Shown here: one piece after another, positions 36,440 to 41,116 of the stretch
Layout of the letters: each line of letters starts with the position of its first letter
How positions within the stretch are numbered: the stretch's first letter is position 1
Virus record (IMG/VR): IMGVR_UViG_3300030330_001389
Location: 1 to 41,116 of that record
Strand: one strand, 5' to 3'
Source: a virus
Taxonomy: Duplodnaviria; Caudoviricetes
DNA length: 41,116 nt
Program-made: the position numbers and the translations under genes
Notes under the pieces: generated by a model
What the model was told of the DNA's origin: nothing
Databases searched by the model: none
Seen by the model: the letters and a program-made list of their open reading frames with translations, nothing else

Positions 36440-37518
36440 TATGCAAACGCTAGTTGACTAAATAAATATGGTGTTGTATTACCTACAAATACAAATGTAA
36501 GTATGTCTATAGCTCCTGCTGCTGTTGATAGTGTTAGTCCTGCACCACCTGCAGTCTTAGCAGTTGCATCACCACCACCATTTACACTTACTGCATCTAT
36601 GTCCATTGTTCTTGAACCTGTACCATCTTGTGTAACTATCAAAGTAAATGTTGATACTCCTGATGTAGGTACATTTGTAAAATGTAAGTCATCAACATTA
36701 GTAGCAATAGTTAAAGTACCAGTATTACCAAGTGCTAAATCTATAGCAAGGTCTGTCTGTGATGTAATAACTTGTGTTGTTTCATTATAATCTTTTAATA
36801 CTGCTGCTGATATTGTTTGGTCGCCACCTGTTACAGCACCTGATAAAGTTACAGCACCTAATGTTTTATTTGTAAGGGTAGCTGTTCCTGCATCTGCATA
36901 GTCTTTAACTGCTGCGGATGTTGGTAATGTAGTGTCATTATCATTTGATGCAATCGTTTCTGATTCAGTTACTAAACTACCTGCAGCAATTTCTGATGTA
37001 GTTAGTCCTCCAACTGTAAATGTTAAATCATATGGGTCTGCATCTGTACCATTGTCTGTATCTGTCCAGTTAATATCAATACCTGCACCTTCAACAAACT
37101 TAACTTCTCTTGCTGTATAAACTCCTGATGAAACAGAAGGGTTAATTGTTACCTCTGTGCCATCACCATCTTCTAATATAAAACCTTGTTGAATAGCATC
37201 ATGTGCTTCTTCTATGTGTTGTTTAACTACAGCTAATCTAACTTTAGTTCCTGCTGCATGTGTTGGTGCAGTAGAGGCATCTTCTGCTGTGCCATGCTTA
37301 CCATCTTTATCTCTTACTATTGTTGCAGATGCGTGGTTAGTTCCTGTTGACCATAAAACAACTTCTCTGTTGCTGTCATTATCAGGGTCAATTACAAAAT
37401 ACGCAGGACTATCTACTCCTGGGTCTGCTGTTAAATTCATTGATGTACCACCTTGTGCTAACTGTGCAGCTAATGTGGTTTCAAAAGCGTTTACTAAATT
37501 GGTTTCTCTAGCTACCAT
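36439..37518 (-). CDS. Tail fibre protein
   Basis: T/A/G-rich; NDNDTTLPTSAAVKDY, TLTNKT, TQDGTGSR, LSTAAGAIDILTF motifs. Confidence 0.75.
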   Translation of the reverse strand: MVARETNLVNAFETTLAAQLAQGGTSMNLTADPGVDSPAYFVIDPDNDSNREVVLWSTGTNHASATIVRDKDGKHGTAEDASTAPTHAAGTKVRLAVVKQHIEEAHDAIQQGFILEDGDGTEVTINPSVSSGVYTAREVKFVEGAGIDINWTDTDNGTDADPYDLTFTVGGLTTSEIAAGSLVTESETIASNDNDTTLPTSAAVKDYADAGTATLTNKTLGAVTLSGAVTGGDQTISAAVLKDYNETTQVITSQTDLAIDLALGNTGTLTIATNVDDLHFTNVPTSGVSTFTLIVTQDGTGSRTMDIDAVSVNGGGDATAKTAGGAGLTLSTAAGAIDILTFVFVGNTTPYLFSQLAFA

Positions 37519-37542
37519 ATCTCTCCATTATATACTATTTTT

Positions 37543-39465
37543 TTATCCAAATCTCATTACTGCAAAACCTTTTACGCCAGGTATATCGCCTGATGTTACT
37601 TGACTAAAGGTTTGCTGTCTTGTACCTCTGACAGTCAGTATAGCATATTGCGTAACGCTGCCAACATTTGGATTATTTTGTATTGGGTATGTAATATTTT
37701 CTACTACTCCTCTAACTATTTCTGCAGGGTCATATATTTCTAGCGTTACTGCATTACCTTCTTTATCTTTTAAAGATTGATATATTGTTTCTCCTAAATT
37801 TTTAACTCTTAAAGGTTTTCTGTAAGGTCTTTCAACTCTGTCAGAAATGTTGACTGGTATTTGTATTACTACAAGTTCTGGTCTTGCTAACGCTCTTACT
37901 CTAAATGCTTTAAACTTTGGAGATGTTGTTTGATTAGCAGACTTTAAAACAATTTTTGCCACTACATATCTAGCTACTCTTGATAACTGTACTGCTTGTT
38001 CACCAACTCCTGATTGTGCATTTACTTCTAAATCCCAAGTGCTGTCATTACTATCATTAATAGCTTCGTACTTGTTTGATAAATATAGTTCTACACTTTC
38101 ACCACTAGCAAGTTCCTCTACCTCTACACTAGCTTCTACAAACTGTTTATTTTCTGCTGTAAAAAAATCTGCAGGAGGTGCTATTAAAAAACCTTCAGTT
38201 TCAAAGTTAGATGTTTGTTGATATACTCCATCAGAGGTAACAGTAAATACAAACTTTTCATTTACATTAACTATATTATTTACTGTACCTCCTGCACTAG
38301 CTTTGTAATATCTAGCTATACCTGCTGTAGGTAAATAATATCTCCATAAAAAACTTGTACTTCCTGATTCTTTTACACCTGTATAAACACTATCTCTTGT
38401 AGTAAATAAAGCATTAGGTGAATTGTCTATACTATCCACATCCCATTGTTTTATTAATTGATTATTAGCAAGTACATACAAATCATCTGCAACTGTTAAA
38501 ACTGCACGATATAATCTTCCAATAACTTTACTACCTGTTTGTAATTCTTTAGTACCATAAAAAACTATACCTTGCGATTCAACAATACAAGTTGGTTGTT
38601 CTCCTGATATTTCTGTTTGTCCTTTTAACGCTAATGTACCTGCGGTATCTTTAAGAGAATATATTCTTCCATCTGTTGCTGTAACTAAAACAACAGCACC
38701 TACATCTGCAGCATCTGTAAATGTCTGTCCTGAAGGTAGTGTAACAATAGCTGAACCTACAGTTGTGTTTCCATCATACGCATGTAAAGCATTACCTATA
38801 CTTACAATTAATTGTCCTTTTACAGAAAATATTTTGTCATATACTGCTGCTGACATTTTTTGTGTTGATGTTCCACCGCTTGTTAAAGTTTCTATTTCAC
38901 CTGCTGAACCATTGTTAGCTGTAATATAAAGTAAATCTCCATGTGCAGCTAGTCCTTTTATTTGATAACCTGCAGTTAAACTTTCTGTAGTTGTACTCCA
39001 GTTATCACCACCATCATCTGAATGGTATAATGTTTCATCATCTGATACATATATTCTTGTACCAACTACTGCCATATGGCTTACAGCAGAAGATAGTGCT
39101 TGTTCTTTTTCTGTTGTATGTAGTAACTGTACATTATATCCTTTACCTAAGTCTGTGTTAAAAACATCTACACCTTGACTATCCCAAAACCTTTGTACAT
39201 CATTAGGATTGCCATTAGCTTTATGTGCATTGTCTAAATTAGAACCACCACTAAAATCATTTCGTGAATATATACGACCTATGTTTGATGTAAAATCTTC
39301 TGCATTCTGTTTTACATTAACTCCTTGTTCTTGTACATCAGATGATTGTATGGTCATTTCTCTACCAGGACCAATAGCACTTCTATAAAGTTGATTATCT
39401 ACACGAAAATCATAACCTTTTCTTTGTGGATTACTTTCTTCTGCTTGTGTTGTTAACCTAGGCAT
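37543..39465 (-). CDS. Tail nozzle/tubular protein B-like
   Basis: 640 aa, beta-rich with Asp-box SDDGGDNW, follows adaptor. Confidence 0.6.
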   Translation of the reverse strand: MPRLTTQAEESNPQRKGYDFRVDNQLYRSAIGPGREMTIQSSDVQEQGVNVKQNAEDFTSNIGRIYSRNDFSGGSNLDNAHKANGNPNDVQRFWDSQGVDVFNTDLGKGYNVQLLHTTEKEQALSSAVSHMAVVGTRIYVSDDETLYHSDDGGDNWSTTTESLTAGYQIKGLAAHGDLLYITANNGSAGEIETLTSGGTSTQKMSAAVYDKIFSVKGQLIVSIGNALHAYDGNTTVGSAIVTLPSGQTFTDAADVGAVVLVTATDGRIYSLKDTAGTLALKGQTEISGEQPTCIVESQGIVFYGTKELQTGSKVIGRLYRAVLTVADDLYVLANNQLIKQWDVDSIDNSPNALFTTRDSVYTGVKESGSTSFLWRYYLPTAGIARYYKASAGGTVNNIVNVNEKFVFTVTSDGVYQQTSNFETEGFLIAPPADFFTAENKQFVEASVEVEELASGESVELYLSNKYEAINDSNDSTWDLEVNAQSGVGEQAVQLSRVARYVVAKIVLKSANQTTSPKFKAFRVRALARPELVVIQIPVNISDRVERPYRKPLRVKNLGETIYQSLKDKEGNAVTLEIYDPAEIVRGVVENITYPIQNNPNVGSVTQYAILTVRGTRQQTFSQVTSGDIPGVKGFAVMRFG

Positions 39466-40481
39466 TATGCCTGTATTCCGAACACCATTCCATCAACTGA
39501 TACTGCTTCAGGATATTTGGCTCTTAAATATTTTCTTGCCTGATTAATAAGAAGTTGTTGATACTGCAGTAAAGAATTTCTTACATTATTTGAACTACCA
39601 ACAGGAAAGTTACTTGTTGCTAATTGGTCTGATATATAATCTGATGTAGCTGTAGGTATATCTCTACCTGCCATCATTTGTGCTGCTACACCTGCCATAA
39701 TTATTGGCACATACTCATCTTCTAATCCTACTGTTGCAAGTGTATCTGTTTCTGCAGTAGGTTCTATAAATTTCTTTTTAAATGTTACATGTGCGGTGTG
39801 ACCAGATGCTATACCCGCAAACTGTATTGCGTGTACAGTAGAAGGACCTGTGGTGTATGTTATAGTTCTTGATACTCCATCACTATCTGTGTATGTAAAT
39901 GGATTAGGTAACTCAACAAGTGAACAAGTTACAGGTGAAAAATTTACACCAGTTGTATCTGAACCTGCACTAAAATCTGTGTATTGTGATATTGCACTAA
40001 GTATTGAAACTAAATAATTGTGTGTTCCTGGTGCATCAAAACTTCCTATAAGCGTATACCCTGTTCCTACTGTTATTGTTTGAGTTTCAACAGCAAATAA
40101 AGTAGGAAATAAATTTTTTATTTGGTCACATACTGCATCAAAAACACTTTTGCGAGGAAATGGAGGTGCTATTTTTAATACACTACCATCTATATGTTCT
40201 GCTGCTGTTGTTCCTCTTACTCCTCTAACTACTGTTACCTTGTTATTTACTGTATCTAATGACACACAACGCATAAGTTCTGTTTCACATTCTATAATTG
40301 TTCCTGCATCCATAGCATCTTCTTCTTCTTGTGTAAGTAAATCACCATTAAATGTAATTACTGTATCTGATGCAGTTAAAGTACCGCCTTCATTTACTAC
40401 TGTGTAAGATGTTAAGTCATCCATAGGTTCAAGATATTCTCTATAAACTCTATCTACTAAATTGCCAATATTTGTACTCAT
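39465..40481 (-). CDS. Head-tail adaptor/tubular protein A-like
   Basis: Helical termini with inserted RGVRGTTAAEH domain; position after capsid. Confidence 0.6.
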   Translation of the reverse strand: MSTNIGNLVDRVYREYLEPMDDLTSYTVVNEGGTLTASDTVITFNGDLLTQEEEDAMDAGTIIECETELMRCVSLDTVNNKVTVVRGVRGTTAAEHIDGSVLKIAPPFPRKSVFDAVCDQIKNLFPTLFAVETQTITVGTGYTLIGSFDAPGTHNYLVSILSAISQYTDFSAGSDTTGVNFSPVTCSLVELPNPFTYTDSDGVSRTITYTTGPSTVHAIQFAGIASGHTAHVTFKKKFIEPTAETDTLATVGLEDEYVPIIMAGVAAQMMAGRDIPTATSDYISDQLATSNFPVGSSNNVRNSLLQYQQLLINQARKYLRAKYPEAVSVDGMVFGIQA

Positions 40482-40654
40482 TAAGCTACTCTATCCTCCG
40501 CTTTACCAAATGATGTTATGCCAAATGATGCTATACCAAAACCACCATTAGCAACTGTTTGGTCATCTATTATAGGAAATGAAGGTTCTAAATCTCCTAT
40601 ATTATTTTCAATAGTTAGATTTCTACCTTCTTTTAAAATTAAGAGCATACCCAT
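40481..40654 (-). CDS. 57-aa protein with FG repeats
   Basis: AGGAG SD; ...GGFGIASFGITSFG...; TAATG coupling; not in track. Confidence 0.65.
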   Translation of the reverse strand: MGMLLILKEGRNLTIENNIGDLEPSFPIIDDQTVANGGFGIASFGITSFGKAEDRVA

Positions 40655-40663
40655 TTGTATCTC

Positions 40664-40996
40664 CTAACTATGTCTAAAATGTAATATTATTTTTCTGTCT
40701 GCTGCTTCTGTGCCATTAGATGAAACTCTGATGTAACCATTACTTGCAAAAGCCCAACCACTAGGGTCAACTCTTAACACATCTCCTGCTGAAACTGTAT
40801 AACTTACTTCAGTTCCATCTGTTTCTTTAACATCAACCCATGAGTTGTTGTCTAAAGAAAAATCAAATGTAATTGCTGTACCTGTCATAGCTGCAGGAAA
40901 TTGTACGCCACAAAGTAACATACCTTCGGCTTTAACACCTAAAGAATCGTTATTATCTGCTGAAACATCTATTAAAGCTAATTTTGAACTTATCAT
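40664..40996 (-). CDS. Small beta-sandwich virion protein (decoration-like)
   Basis: 110 aa beta-rich, first gene after capsid. Confidence 0.6.
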   Translation of the reverse strand: MISSKLALIDVSADNNDSLGVKAEGMLLCGVQFPAAMTGTAITFDFSLDNNSWVDVKETDGTEVSYTVSAGDVLRVDPSGWAFASNGYIRVSSNGTEAADRKIILHFRHS

Positions 40997-41014
40997 ATCT
41001 TCCTTACTATAGCA

Positions 41015-41045
41015 GAAGAAAAGGGTGGAGGTGGAAGTCCACCCT
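41015..41045 (-). terminator. Intrinsic terminator after capsid gene
   Basis: AGGGTGGA-8 nt-TCCACCCT followed by TTTCTTC. Confidence 0.75.
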
Positions 41046-41061
41046 AATCTTCAATTTTAAT

Positions 41062-41116
41062 TTAAGCTACTGCTTGAATTTTACAATGGTATGAAGGAGG
41101 ACCAAATTCAAATCCC
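41062..41116 (-). CDS. Major capsid protein, C-terminal fragment
   Basis: GFEFGPPSYHCKIQAVA* fits the G-x-E-x-G...H-x-KI end of this capsid family; followed by terminator. Confidence 0.75.
   Translation of the reverse strand, partial: GFEFGPPSYHCKIQAVA

Noticed and set aside
1-41116. Direct joining of the window ends gives an in-frame capsid protein
   Set aside because: The join is in frame but lacks the expected conserved segment (FG...LAKTG-like region, roughly 100 aa), so a gap is more likely than a closed circle

Overview
This is a near-complete, AT-rich (roughly 30% GC by eye) dsDNA tailed-phage genome with podovirus-like architecture. It is opened inside the major capsid gene: the N-terminal part lies at 740->1 and the C-terminal part at 41116->41062. 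An r1t-type holin, an Rpf/SLT-like transglycosylase, leaderless-type promoters and low GC suggest a streamlined low-GC actinobacterial host (Actinomarina-like; inference). Minus strand, in transcription order: six tiny basic ORFs, terminase, portal, very large internal virion proteins, scaffold, capsid, then adaptor, nozzle, tail fibres, lysis genes and a metallophosphoesterase. Plus strand (24.5-31.3 kb): early and middle genes behind sigma70/SigA-type promoters. I recognise no DNA polymerase, helicase, primase, ribonucleotide reductase, integrase or methylase. The most interesting signals are: (1) six NrdR-box-like palindromes in the 1.1-kb non-coding region, a possible repressor decoy; (2) tandem putative sRNAs there, one complementary to the shared leader and SD of the early genes; (3) a three-pseudoknot leader upstream of scaffold/capsid; (4) SAM-lyase-like and GNAT-like domains inside the ejected proteins; (5) strong GATC avoidance; (6) many micro-ORFs missing from the ORF track. 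All family assignments come from motif recognition, not database searches.
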